A stretch of DNA of 64,000 bases from Phoronis australis (Eukaryota > Animalia > Phoronida): positions 268,070 through 332,069 of the forward strand of contig NMRA01000104.1 in assembly GCA_002633005.1 (NCBI GenBank). The letters run 5' to 3'. This document shows, piece by piece, positions 50,901 to 61,720 of the stretch. The notes beneath the pieces were generated by a model that saw only the letters and a program-made list of their open reading frames with translations, ran no database searches and had not been told where the DNA came from. The translations under genes were made by a program, and so were the position numbers. How positions within the stretch are numbered: the stretch's first letter is position 1; every line of letters begins with the position of its first letter.

Positions 50901-53900
50901 ACATCTAATGGTACAAGTGCAGGTAGCTTTCATCATGCTAGTCTTATTCCTGTCTCGTTTGTTTCTCTTTCACCGGTGTGGTGTCTGTGAATTTGGTTTG
51001 GCTATCGCATGGTAGTTTGAGTTGTCATTCAGTGGACAGTCACGTCTAATGAAACATGCCCTGACTTCCATCCCTCTGTATCAAGTTACCTAATTGTAAA
51101 TTATTGACTTAGGAATTCATCCAATGATTTATTGCCTTCTTTGTCAAAAATTGACGATTGGTTATTGAGTATTTTCCTCTTATATCTTTATATCATGAAT
51201 GACTGATCACCTTCAAGATTTGTAAATGCTGTATGAAAAACTTATACAGAACAGTACAAAATGTAACTACACCAGTTCTCCATTCGATTCATTGCTTTGT
51301 GTTACTTTACCTGCAGCTGATGCTTCTGCTCTCCTTGACTTTGGCTCAGAGCTCCCCCTTCAGTCTGTCCCTGGTGCTACCAATGCGGGTCCCGGTGCGC
51401 TTGACACTTTCTCTTCGCTAGGTAATGTTGTGTTGAATGGGTGGTTCAGAGGTTGTTTTTACCATCTTCACTTTTGGCTTTGTGTGAAATCTATTATTAA
51501 TTCGTTTAGTTATGCAGATCTGCTAATTGTCAACTTTTGTTAATGAAAATTGTTTGTTTATTTGATTATAAATCCGATTGAAAATTAGGTCAGAGAAGCC
51601 AATCTTTAAGGAATCTATATGAAGGTGCAAACCTTTGCAGCTGATTGAATGCAGTATTGGTGAAACATGACAAATGGTCTTTTAAAACTCCAATCAGTTC
51701 AGTGTTACTTGTAGTTAAATTAAAAGACACGTTTCTGACATTTCTCAAGTTTTGTAAAACGAGGACTTTTAGTGAAATGTGAGGACTCGTATGAGCTGAA
51801 AATGAGAAAATCATTATGGGATGAAGGTTTGTGGTTACAGGATGGAGGTATGAGTGGTGTCAATAGCTTGGTGCACCTGTACTGTTTACTGTGCACCCTG
51901 TGGCAAAAATGCGGTGACATTTGGATTGTTCTTATGAATTCATATTTTGTGAACAAAATGTAGTGCAACGGGACGTAAATTGATACAGCACAATTCATAT
52001 TTGTAATAAGAATGTTGGAAACACTTGATATATCTTAAATTCAGCACATAGCCTGTTTTCGTTATTAGGTTTATCAGACACAAAATCCAGCCAGAGCAGT
52101 GAGCCTCCAGTGGGCCCAGTGAGACAGAACTCGTCGCTTGATGAACTCGGAGATTTGTTCACTCCATCAACAGTCACTAGCAGTTCTGTAAGTGAACTCA
52201 ATACTGTCTGTAATTAGTTTACCTCTTTCTGCAGTCTTGTAAAATGGCACGTTCCAAGTAACATAATATTTAAATTTCTGTTTTACAACATTTTTGACTG
52301 TACATAATTGATCTTACATTAATACTTTGCTTTAGTACTGAAGACCTGAGGGTGTGACAGGAAATAAAGTAGTTCAAAACTTCAAGTCAGAAATTTAGGG
52401 TTTTTCACATTCAGCTATTTGGGAAAAACAATTTAATCTCACTTCATCAAAGTGCAAAGTCTCAAATATGACCCATAACTGTGTATTATTCAGATAATAT
52501 GTATTCATAGAATGGGATGTGCTAACTGTTTCATTGCAAAAACTTTATTCAGTAATAGCAACGTGCGGAAGGCAAATTTTCTGACTTGAGTCACTTTTCA
52601 TTTAATGGGCTGGAGATAATTTCTTAGATTGGATTCTTCATGTTCTTTCCTTTCAGACTCTGGATTTTGCTGACTTTGCCTCCTTGACGACCAACCCCAC
52701 AAGTCCCCTGTCAGCGCCTACATCCAATCCGCTCCCCTCCCTCGCTCCTCCCACGCAGTTTTCCACAATGTCCGCTCAGTTGCCATTTTCCAACATGGCT
52801 GCTAGTAGTTCATTACAAGCCCTTAATGTTACACCCCAGGCCTCCTTTCCTCCCCAACCCTCACTCCTTCTCCCAGGCCAATCCCGTGCTGCTCCTAGTC
52901 AGCCAACAGTCCAGTCGACTGCATATCAAGGCTCTAATATGTTAAACATGTCCCAGTCAGTGAGCCAGCCCCTAGCCTCACACCAGCCTGTACAGCCAGC
53001 ACTGCAGCCAGCACTACAGCCAGCACTACAGCCAGCACTACAGCCTGTCCTGCAACCTACAGTGCAACCAGTGTTGGCTCAAGGTAGGTATCAATGTTTT
53101 CCCTGGATTTGAAAACATGGTAATGGTAATAGCTCTCTTTCCATGGGACCAACAGGGAAAGGTACGAGAGAGGAACGAACAATCCCATTGGTTCACGTTC
53201 GTCCGAGGGCCTCCCCCAGAACATTTTAAGATTTAAGTGCCATTGTTTTCACGCCCACCTGTAATACTTATGTGGGTGCGAGCATATTGCATCCACAGTT
53301 GTATCTCTTAAACCCCCCGCAGGATCTTTCTGAAATTTGGCAGGTGAATTCCTATACGAACGTGTCTACAGATGTCAACTTTCGGACGCACCTGACCACC
53401 ACTTTACCTGTGGTGACAGTGCTGATTTTTACGTTTGCCTCTGTATGTTTGGAGCTCATGGATGAATGTTCATGTCACTATGTAAGGTGTAAGAATTAAT
53501 TGCAACAATTGTTACTCGTCAATTTGTTTTATTACACAGTACCTGGCATATACTGTGTAATTATACTATTTCGGCAGCAAAGTTTCCTTAGGACATGTTT
53601 TGTTAAACGGCACATTTGCACTTTAGAGCCTTAATGGACAGCCTTTCCATTTGGCATCTATCAGACCTGGTATCAGGTGTCTGTGTATGACAACAATTGT
53701 CAGTGCTAGATATTAAATGACCGCACAGGTGCTTTATTAATATGTTTGGTTCTAAAGAATTCTTTTTATGAAACAACGGTACTTAATAAATCTTTTTGGT
53801 TCGTTTTTATTTCAGCTGCACCTTCTACTGAGCAACATGGAAAAGGTCTGCACACGTTAGATCTTCTAGGGAAGTCACTAATAGAACAAAGTTTACCACC

Positions 53901-56900
53901 AGATGTCAAGTCAAATGCTAAGTTTGAACAGAAGTGAGTACCTGTTGAAAAGGCACAGGAAAATGTTGTCTGAAGCAATATAGTTTTGGAATTGGTGCAC
54001 GCTTGCATGTAATATCGGTTTGAAATTCCTAGTTCTTTAAAGGACTCAGCCACCCAGAATTATCTGCCCAAGTACACATGCTGAAGAATGAGATTAGGAG
54101 AGCCTTCAGCTGGGAATTTCATAAAAAAATGTCAGAGTTGGAAATCTGCTGTCTTCGATGGATGGTGAAATCAAAAAATTCCCTTTGCCCTACTTGTCAT
54201 CAAATATGTGCCTGGCTGAGAACTTTCAAAACAGTGCTGCATTTTGCTCTGTTCAGCTGACCTTTCACTCTTGTCAAATTGATCTCGTAACATTTCGGAC
54301 TGTGACAGGATTCCATTTCCATTACCTACTTAAGTCACAGGCAATGCGTAGATCTACGTGCATCATTTCCAAATTCGCAGTTTAAGGGTCGACCAGCTCC
54401 ACTAAAGTCTGAAGCGTTTTCTTGATTCATTGATGGTTTTGATGTTATTGTAGTTGGTAATGGAAGTGTAATCCTAACACGATAAGGAATATCATTAGAG
54501 CAGACCGATTTTACAAGTCAAGAGTGAAACCCCTAATTTGATTTTTTCGTTTTTTAACCAGCTGACCAGCCTGAGGGTGAAATGCTGTTTAAATTTTGTA
54601 GTGTGACAAAAGAATTTCTTGCGGTAATGAAAAGATTTCTGCAGCAAAAACGAGCACTCCTTGACAGTGAAAAGTGGAAAACAAAAAATCCCAGCATTTG
54701 TGTACACTAAAACACACTGTGTTGTGTAAACTGTTCATCTGTCTAATCCACAGAGTGCCTGCACCAAAAATGACCATAAATCAGTTGAAGTCTGCATCAA
54801 CATCCAGTACTACGGCTGCAGCAACAAATGATCTTCAGTCACCAGCTGCTGTTGCTGCTGTGTCCACAGCTCCTCTTTCATTGACTGATGTCTTTGTACC
54901 CCTGACCTCTATAATTCCAGGTATGTATTGTGCAGAAGGGAAATGGTTTACTTGTCAGCATTATGCTTTGAAAGGAACCTTCAAAGGTAGTCTCATGTTA
55001 TAGAGGAAATTTTTTGACTTTATAAATTGCCGTATGTCGTGAAATTCATAAATTTACAAAAATGTTAGAAATCATGCATGTTGTTGTTTGCAAAATGTGA
55101 TTTTTGCAAGAATGTTTCGGATTATTTCACAAATGAGTTTACAACCCTGTTTTTGCTGTTGCTTTTAATAGAAATCAAATGCCAATCATCTCCGTGTTGA
55201 CAATTTTTGTTTTGCAAAGCCATATCTCTAATTTCTGAGGAATCTGATAAATAGCCTATTGTTCTCAATTTATTTGATACTAACTGATAATTGCTCTTAT
55301 ATTGACTAATTTCATATTGAATAATCATCTGTTCCACAAATCTATGTCACTTTATTAGCCTTTGTTCATAGTTGTTATCATCATCTTATTCAGCTTGGTC
55401 ACCACTGAGTACTGGTGTCTAATCCATCTAATCATCGTCTTATTCTGTTCAATTGTCTTCATTATAATCATTGTACTCTTCATACAATTGATTAGCTAAG
55501 TGTTGCACTCCAGAAGGCTTCTGTTTCAGGCCACTACAAACCTCACTTTGTTGTTAAAAATACCAACTTCCTTCACATGGGTGTTCACTTTTAATTTCTA
55601 ATTTCGATTTCATTGCATTCTTATCCTTTGATTGAACTGAAATTGGGTGCAATAAAATGGAATTTCCGTTTTGGCCATACTGCCTTACCAACTGGAACTA
55701 ATACAAAACGGCCAGGAACTTGATGGGCATAATGCGAAGCAGTAAAGACTTGTTTTTAATCTGAGTGAGAAATGATTTTAAAACAGCAAGTCACCTACAT
55801 AAAAAATTAGCTTTTTACTGAGGGCGTGGTTAATTGCCCATTTTTAAACGCATGTAATTTTCACAGACTTGATATTATCGTATCGGACTACAAGGCGTAT
55901 ATAAAATGCTTTTTGCATAAATCAAAATAGTAATTGCATTGTCCAGTATATTTCAACTGCCTGTTACAGGTACTGAGGCACCAATCACAGCTTTTGACAA
56001 AAATAATATAAAAATAGTGATCCACTTTGGTAAAGACTCGCCCCGCTCTGATGTCACTGTGATGGTGCTCAGTATCATGAGCACCAATACATCTCCAGTG
56101 AAAAGTGTCATTTTCCAGGCAGCAGTTCCAAAGGTAGGTGGTGTTTATTACATACAGCATAGATACTCTATCCGTAGTAGGCATATATGCTCTGTATTGA
56201 AGTGACATCTTCTACTCGCTAACGATCATGTATAGTATTTTTAGCTGAGGTATCTTCTCATGTGTATGCCCAAAGGTAAAATTACAATCTAAACCCACCA
56301 CACACAGTGAAGCACGCAGTATGACGGAGAATGAGATTTCAGTCATTCTCTTTGTAAAATTATTCAAAAAATGAGTTCAAGAAAGCGTTGACTTCACCAC
56401 GATTACCACGATATGTACTGTGCTGCTTTCTTAAAGTGAATTTTTTATCATTTTATCAGAATTAATTGTTAGCTGCCTTTGAAATATTGAAAAGTTGCCA
56501 TTTTAGAAGTTATTGAGGAAAGATTACTGCAGCCCCTTTTCAGTGTCAACCCAGTCTAACAAAAATTTTGGGGATTTCATCTATGGTGCTGCAACTGTGA
56601 TTTTTCAAACATCTGTTGGCACGTGAACATCCTGTGATATCACGGATAATTTAGAGAGGTGTAACATGAACTATGTTTAGGAGGTGAGGTGTTAACTTCA
56701 GCGTGGTAATTGAATGCAAGTTTTGGAAATCTTTTGTGCAAATTATATACTAATCACTATATTCATGTGATGGATTTTGAGGCTCACATTCATTATTTTA
56801 TTTTTAAACGATCATTTTTATGCGCCCACATATTTATATGTGGACGCATTATGCTGTCATCTCCGTCCGTCCGTCCGTCCGGGCGGCGTCCGGCGTCCGC

Positions 56901-58236
56901 TGCTTTATCTCCAAAACACTTTGACATACGTTCATGAAATTTGGCACATATGTTCCATTCATGAATGGGACGGCATGTGCGAACTTTCGGGCGGATCCGA
57001 CTACCGGTGTGCCCCCTAGTGGCAATTTTAGTTTTTTATGCTAACCTTTGTATCTTCAAAAGTCCAAAACGGATTTTCATGAAATTTAGTATGTAGGCAC
57101 CTATTAATGAGATGACGCTATCCTCTCGTTTTCGGATGGATTCGACATAGTTTGCGCTACCTAGTGGCCATTTTTAGTGTTTTTGAGTCTGCTTTTGTGC
57201 GTCCACCCCTCTATCAACCAAACCGCTCAAAGGATGATTGTGAAAATTGGCATGTATATGCTTGCTATGTAGAGGACGGTTGACGATGATTTTCCGACGA
57301 TTTTGACTACTGTGGCGCCTCATAGTGGCAGTTTTTTTTTGCGCCCATGGCTGTATCTCCCAAACCGTTTGCAGGATCTTTACTAAATATAGCAAGTGTA
57401 TTTATGTGATGTTGACAACGGACGATGATGACTGTAGGATGATTCTGACCACCGGTATGCCTCTAGTGGCAATTTTAGTTTTTTCTATTTAAGAAGCAAT
57501 GACATGTTCCCCTTTTCGGATGGATTGTATGTTTTTGCGCCATCTAGTTTTTATGACAGAAATAAACAACCCTAAAAGCACGCCATTTGCGATGCATTCG
57601 TGGGCGCATTTCAACACCCAGCGTTGCTCTTGTTTAGTCTTATTATCACCAAAAAGCATGTTGCAGACTTGCAGTGGACCTGTGGTTTCAATTCCCTGGT
57701 GCGGTCTAGTGGCAAGTGCTGTTTTCCATTACATTGTTGTTTACTTGTCATGTAATCTGTGATGTCACCGAATGTTCATGACCCGACAAGTGTCCCACAA
57801 TGCCTTTAAATGTGTTGAAAAATGAAAGCAGCGGTGTAAATGAAATTCCAGAAATTATGCCTGCCTTGAGATTTTTTGCTCATTTCCACATTGTTTCAGT
57901 TTAAGCATTTTGAATGACTGCAAACTGTAAATGATGTGTGCTTGCTGCCAAAGGCAGTATAGGAAGCTATATTTCGACAATACATCATCAAGAACTAGAG
58001 TAAAATGAAGATTGTCATAATTTTATTACTTTAAAGGAAGATAATGCTTTGGTCAAGAAACCAATCCATCTTGTGGATATTTTATTATGAAGAGGTGTTA
58101 CCTGTGTTTGTTTCCAGCAAATGAAAGTTAAGCTGCAACCTCCGTCTGCTACTGACTTACCAGCGTATAACCCCATCTTACCACCTACAGCAATCACACA
58201 AGTTATGTTACTAGCTAATCCACACAAGGTCAGTAT

Positions 58237-58274
<38 letters not shown>

Positions 58275-58911
58275 GAAGCATATCCCTTACCTCCCCACAG
58301 AAGTTATGTTCTTCACTAGTCCACGTGAAGTCCGGCGTATATCTGTTACATGTTACTAGCTAATCCACATAAGGTCGGTATATCCCTTACTTGTTACTAG
58401 CTACGGTAATCCCCTCACAAGTTATGTTACTGGTCAATCCACACAAGGTCAGTATATCCCTGCTATGCTTCGTTTTTGGGCGTTCAGATTTGTTTGACAG
58501 AATTTGGACTTTCTAACATCTGATATATCATTAATATTTTCTCTTGTTTAGTTCAAGTTTTGCTAAGATGGTATCAATAGCAGAGAAGTTGTGTCCCAAA
58601 TGTGCCAAAACTCTGTTTATGTTCATTAGGCTGTTCTATTGAATTCTTTACCATTCACAGATAGAAACAGCTAGCTGTACACGCAACAAAAATAAATCAC
58701 TCACTATTTATGAAGGTATGTGCCCCATCAGCAGTTTTGAAGTAAACACCATTGGTTTGACTGGTGTTCTGTTAGTGTTGAGTATAATTATGTAATTTCT
58801 GATGTCGAATCATTTCAGGAAAAAGTAAGGTTAAAGTTCAAGCTAAGTTACAACATGAATGACCAGTTCCTGTCAGATGTTGGAGAAGTGGATAGATTTC
58901 CATTATCATGA
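44888..58911 (+). CDS. GGA: ADP-ribosylation factor-binding protein GGA (VHS, GAT, hinge, GAE; co-orthologue of vertebrate GGA1/2/3), 17 exons, ~742 aa
   Basis: join(44888..44927,46789..46949,47196..47294,47480..47635,47933..47995,49055..49135,49349..49486,49899..49983,50821..50922,51317..51421,52069..52187,52657..53083,53816..53933,54754..54920,55970..56133,58118..58228,58819..58911), 2229 nt, all GT-AG. VHS: LIAHKIQSPQE, KFRFLNEMIKLVSPKY. GAT: LLKSKHPEDLQAANRLIKNMV. Hinge: LDLLGKSLIEQSLPP. GAE: FQAAVPK, VKLQPPS, AITQVMLLANP. Confidence 0.94.
46789..46949 (+). CDS. GGA: GGA exon 2 (VHS)
   Basis: NKELEGPQIAIRLIAHKIQSPQERE. Confidence 0.95.
47196..47294 (+). CDS. GGA: GGA exon 3 (VHS)
   Basis: VLEACVKNCGRRFHQEIGKFRFLNEMIKLVSPK. 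Confidence 0.95.
47480..47635 (+). CDS. GGA: GGA exon 4 (end of VHS)
   Basis: YLG...KINEAYQMLKKQ. Confidence 0.95.
47933..47995 (+). CDS. GGA: GGA exon 5 (PPPPPREDTLFTDEEKSK)
   Basis: Start of N-GAT, F.DEEKSK. Confidence 0.92.
49055..49135 (+). CDS. GGA: GGA exon 6 (N-GAT, ARF binding)
   Basis: LLARLLKSKHPEDLQAANRLIKNMVKQ. Confidence 0.96.
49349..49486 (+). CDS. GGA: GGA exon 7 (GAT)
   Basis: VKNNIKLLEEMLSHY; donor AAG|GTGAGT. Confidence 0.93.
49899..49983 (+). CDS. GGA: GGA exon 8 (GAT)
   Basis: RPKLFRLASDT. Confidence 0.93.
49987..50325 (+). repeat. ~28-nt minisatellite, ~12 degenerate units, starting at the exon 8 donor
   Basis: Consensus AGTTTTGTTGGCCATCAACCAACAGTTT. Confidence 0.92.
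50821..50922 (+). CDS. GGA: GGA exon 9 (end of GAT, DVLRANDEVTRVM...)
   Basis: GAT helix L.AND; phase 1-1. Confidence 0.9.
51317..51421 (+). CDS. GGA: GGA exon 10 (hinge, ALLDFG)
   Basis: Clathrin-box-like LLDF; CAG| and G|GTAATG. Confidence 0.82.
   Translation: MMLLLSLTLAQSSPFSLSLVLPMRVPVRLTLSLR
52069..52187 (+). CDS. GGA: GGA exon 11 (hinge, GLSDTK...)
   Basis: Junction yields SLGLSD as in vertebrate GGA1; donor |GTAAGT. Confidence 0.82.
52657..53083 (+). CDS. GGA: GGA exon 12 (Pro/Ser/Gln-rich hinge with DFADF and QPAL repeats)
   Basis: Overlaps ORF 52684..53112 in frame; TTTCAG| and G|GTAGGT. Confidence 0.85.
53816..53933 (+). CDS. GGA: GGA exon 13 (LDLLGKSLIEQSLPP)
   Basis: Conserved GGA hinge motif. 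Confidence 0.9.
54754..54920 (+). CDS. GGA: GGA exon 14 (...LSLTDVFVPLTSIIP)
   Basis: Start of GAE domain. Confidence 0.9.
55970..56133 (+). CDS. GGA: GGA exon 15 (GAE)
   Basis: VIFQAAVPK. Confidence 0.95.
56815..57635 (+). mobile_element. Apparently intact non-autonomous Helentron/DINE-1-like (HINE) element in GGA intron 15
   Basis: 5' T-run, subTIR ATGCGCCCAC with nearby inverse GTGGACGCAT, (CCGT)n microsatellite, internal ~150-nt repeats, 3' subTIR GTGGGCGCAT, short CAAC..GTTG stem-loop and T-rich end. Confidence 0.75.
58118..58228 (+). CDS. GGA: GGA exon 16 (GAE)
   Basis: MKVKLQPPSATDLPAYNPILPPTAITQVMLLANPHK. Confidence 0.96.
58238..58274 (+). repeat. (TCAA)n microsatellite, ~9 units
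   Basis: Seen directly, just after the exon 16 donor. Confidence 0.95.
58281..58460 (+). repeat. Degenerate tandem copies of the GGA exon 16 3' end plus splice donor
   Basis: GTTACTAGCTAATCCACATAAG|GTCGGTATATC and CACAAGTTATGTTACTGGTCAATCCACACAAG|GTCAGTATATC. Confidence 0.9.
58819..58911 (+). CDS. GGA: GGA terminal exon (EKVRLKFKLSY...GEVDRFPLS*)
   Basis: GAE C-terminus; TGA at 58909-58911. Confidence 0.95.
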   Translation, partial: EKVRLKFKLSYNMNDQFLSDVGEVDRFPLS

Positions 58912-59022
58912 TGTGGGGGCCCCCTGGTGGAGACTTCGCGTACTGTAATATGATGGAGACCTATGATGCCATAATATCTGTGTTTTGTAAACTAATGTGG
59001 TACTAATTTCAATTTCGGTTAC

Positions 59023-59028
59023 AATAAA
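59023..59028 (+). terminator. Candidate proximal GGA polyadenylation signal AATAAA
   Basis: First AATAAA after the stop codon. Confidence 0.4.
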
Positions 59029-59280
59029 ATTTAAAAGTTCTATGTCTAATAGCCAAAGGATGTACACTGTTCAGCATTGTTCACTAACAACACCTTCATC
59101 TGCTGGTGTTGTCTTGATGAAATGTAAGTAACTCAATTTTTATCACTGGGAAGGTTTTTCTGAAAGTCTTTGTGGACAGCTGGTCCTTTATCCTGGATAG
59201 ATTGCATTGTGTGTCATCTTGTGTGCGAGATTACAGAAAGGATCTGCGCGTGGTCCTGTTATTCCTTTGCTGTGTATGTT

Positions 59281-59750
59281 ACTACAGGAAGGTCCTACAT
59301 ATGGCTGTGTAAGCCAGTTATGGTATGTACCATGCTATATATTGGGCAACAAGAAGGTCCTACTTATGTCTGTAAGTCAATTATATGGTATGGTCATCAC
59401 CATGCTATGTATTGGACTACAAGAAGGTCCTACATATGACTGTGTGAGCCAGTTATATGGTATGTACCATTCTATATATTGGACTACAAGAAAGTCCTAC
59501 ATATGACTGTGTAAGCCAGTTATATGGTATGTACCATGCTATTTATTGGACTTTAAGAAGTTCCTACCTATGACCAAAAGTCAATTTTATGGTATCTGCC
59601 ATGCTATATATTGCAGTAAAGGAAGTTATTGTATAACTGTATTAGTTCTCAGTTATATGGTATGTAGCATGCTATATATTGGAATGTAAGAAAGTCTTGT
59701 ACGACTGTGCAAGTCCTCAGTTATATGGTATGCAGGCCTACCATGCTATG
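59281..59750 (+). repeat. ~67-nt minisatellite, ~7 units, downstream of the GGA stop
   Basis: Consensus ACTACAAGAAGGTCCTACATATGACTGTGTAAGCCAGTTATATGGTATGTACCATGCTATATATTGG; unit starts at 59416 and 59483 are 67 nt apart. Confidence 0.92.
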
Positions 59751-60402
59751 ATTGGTGTACATTTTACAAGAACGTCTTCGTTCATGATCGACCATTTGCT
59801 CCATTTGACACTGTATACCGCACAAAACACTGAATGAGTTTTCTTGTTTTTCAGTGATTTGCTTTTGTCTAATGTTACAAAAGAATTCATTTGATTCAGA
59901 GTGGGTGAATGTTTCAAACATGACACCTACCAGCAGAGCAACAAATACATGTGCGTCACACTTGTATCTGGAGGGTTGATCATTTAACACTGTAATTATG
60001 GTCTAGTATAGGTGGGAATTTGTATAATCAATTAAAACAGCTTTGTCATGTTAACTTCACCTTTTTGTAATGTAATTCCATTCTGCCTTAGTTTGTAAAA
60101 TGATAAGAGGTAGTGTGTGTGTACTGAGATCACTAGAACTTCATGTAGATGTAAAAATAAACAAATGGGGAATGGGAAACCACAAATGCAGATCACTCTA
60201 TTATTCATGATGCTGTTTGCTGAATTGCATTGTTTTCTTGATTGGGAAGTGGTCAACCTTTGGTTTATTCAAATCTTGTTGATATGTAATACACATGTAT
60301 CTATTCAGGTTATGTAATAGTTTATTTGTTGCTAGATTCCAGCCTTGCACTAATGATAGATGAAATTCACAGGGTAGTCTCAAGGAGGCCTTCAGTAGGC
60401 TT

Positions 60403-60613
60403 TAATCACAAGCGCACACCTGAAGATTGACAAATCCAAATGTTTTGGGTTTATTACAGACAACCCATCTTCAGGGAAAAGGAATGCCACAGCATCAAAT
60501 TAAACAAATCAAAATGCAGTATGTACTACTTTTTTTCTAATGATGGTGTGTTTTTAATAAACCCAAAATGTTGGATTTAGATACGTCAGTCTTCAGGTGT
60601 GCACTTGTGATTA
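60403..60613. mobile_element. Fold-back element / MITE with ~55-nt inverted arms
   Basis: TAATCACAAGCGCACACCTGAAGATTGAC...TTTTGGGTTTATTA vs reverse complement of TAATAAACCCAAAA...GTCAGTCTTCAGGTGTGCACTTGTGATTA; TA ends. Confidence 0.75.
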
Positions 60614-61651
60614 GACTCTTGCTACTGTTTTGACCAAAAACAAGGTCATTAGGCTTAACATTTATCTGTTATAAGTTGCTGGTCCCAGTTTCGTTAATTA
60701 GACATTAAAATTCTTTTAAATCCATTTCTGTGTGATACATTTGAAGCAATTAATTATCTTTGAGCGGGATACAAATCGGTGTATCCTTGCATTCTCCAAC
60801 AACAATGCCAAAATTTAATGGATATTCCCACAAAAGCTGTGGTCTTCTTTTGTTTAAATTTACAGGTGTGTTTGTTGAAGAAATTGAGTCTTTGTGAAAA
60901 CTCCTAAAATCTTAATGACCGGTTTCAGTTCCCTGGAATTCAATACCATTAAGCATGGTAAAAAACAAGGAATCAACAACTTTAAATGTTAATGTCATAG
61001 TGCAAGTTGCTTTACTGCTAAATACCTTTACTTCTTATGATGATCTATTTGTGCTTTTTGGTGGTTATTTGTTACACTTCTTTTTATTTTTATTTTCCTT
61101 TATCAATGGCCAATCCTAGTGGCTGTGTACTCTGAACCTAAAGAAGAACCAAAAACCAAACATTTTACAAAAAGATACATTTTTGTAGAATTCTTAAATA
61201 ATGTGAAACTTTCTTAAATTCTGACCAAAATTTGCAGAATGTCATTTTGCTGAGGGGAGCGTTCCCGTGACAGGACGATGTCCCCCATTCGCTCCCTTGA
61301 CTGCACCCATGTGATGTGTAGGTTTTGGGTGGTGATATTTTGATGAAAGGGACATCGTCTTTTTTTAAACAAAAGAATATTGTTGGGTGATTGTATGAAT
61401 CTTAATGTGGATGTGATTGCTTCGTTGTTGCCTATTGAAAAATACCCGATTTGTTGGTATCTGATTTTTGAGTCATTTGCGAGGTCGGAGTTCAGCTGTA
61501 TACAACAGGCTGGCTGGCTGTGTACACTCTCATACAGTGCCACAGACGAGTGGTACTATCCTATCATAAACTCTAGACTGGTTTTTCTACGAATGAAACA
61601 TTCGATCATTCTGTTAGTTGGGAAGTTGTGTTAATCTCTGTGGCGACTTGC

Positions 61652-61653
<2 letters not shown>

Positions 61654-61719
<66 letters not shown>
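61654..61719 (+). repeat. (CAG)22 microsatellite
   Basis: Perfect trinucleotide run. Confidence 0.97.

Positions 61720-61720
<1 letters not shown>

Noticed and set aside
57693-57713. TCCCTGGTGCGGTCTAGTGG, resembling the 5' end of tRNA-Glu
   Set aside because: Similarity stops after about 20 nt; no anticodon arm or T arm.
61654-61719. (CAG)22 as a polyglutamine-coding exon
   Set aside because: No flanking long ORF or convincing splice sites; treated as an intergenic microsatellite.
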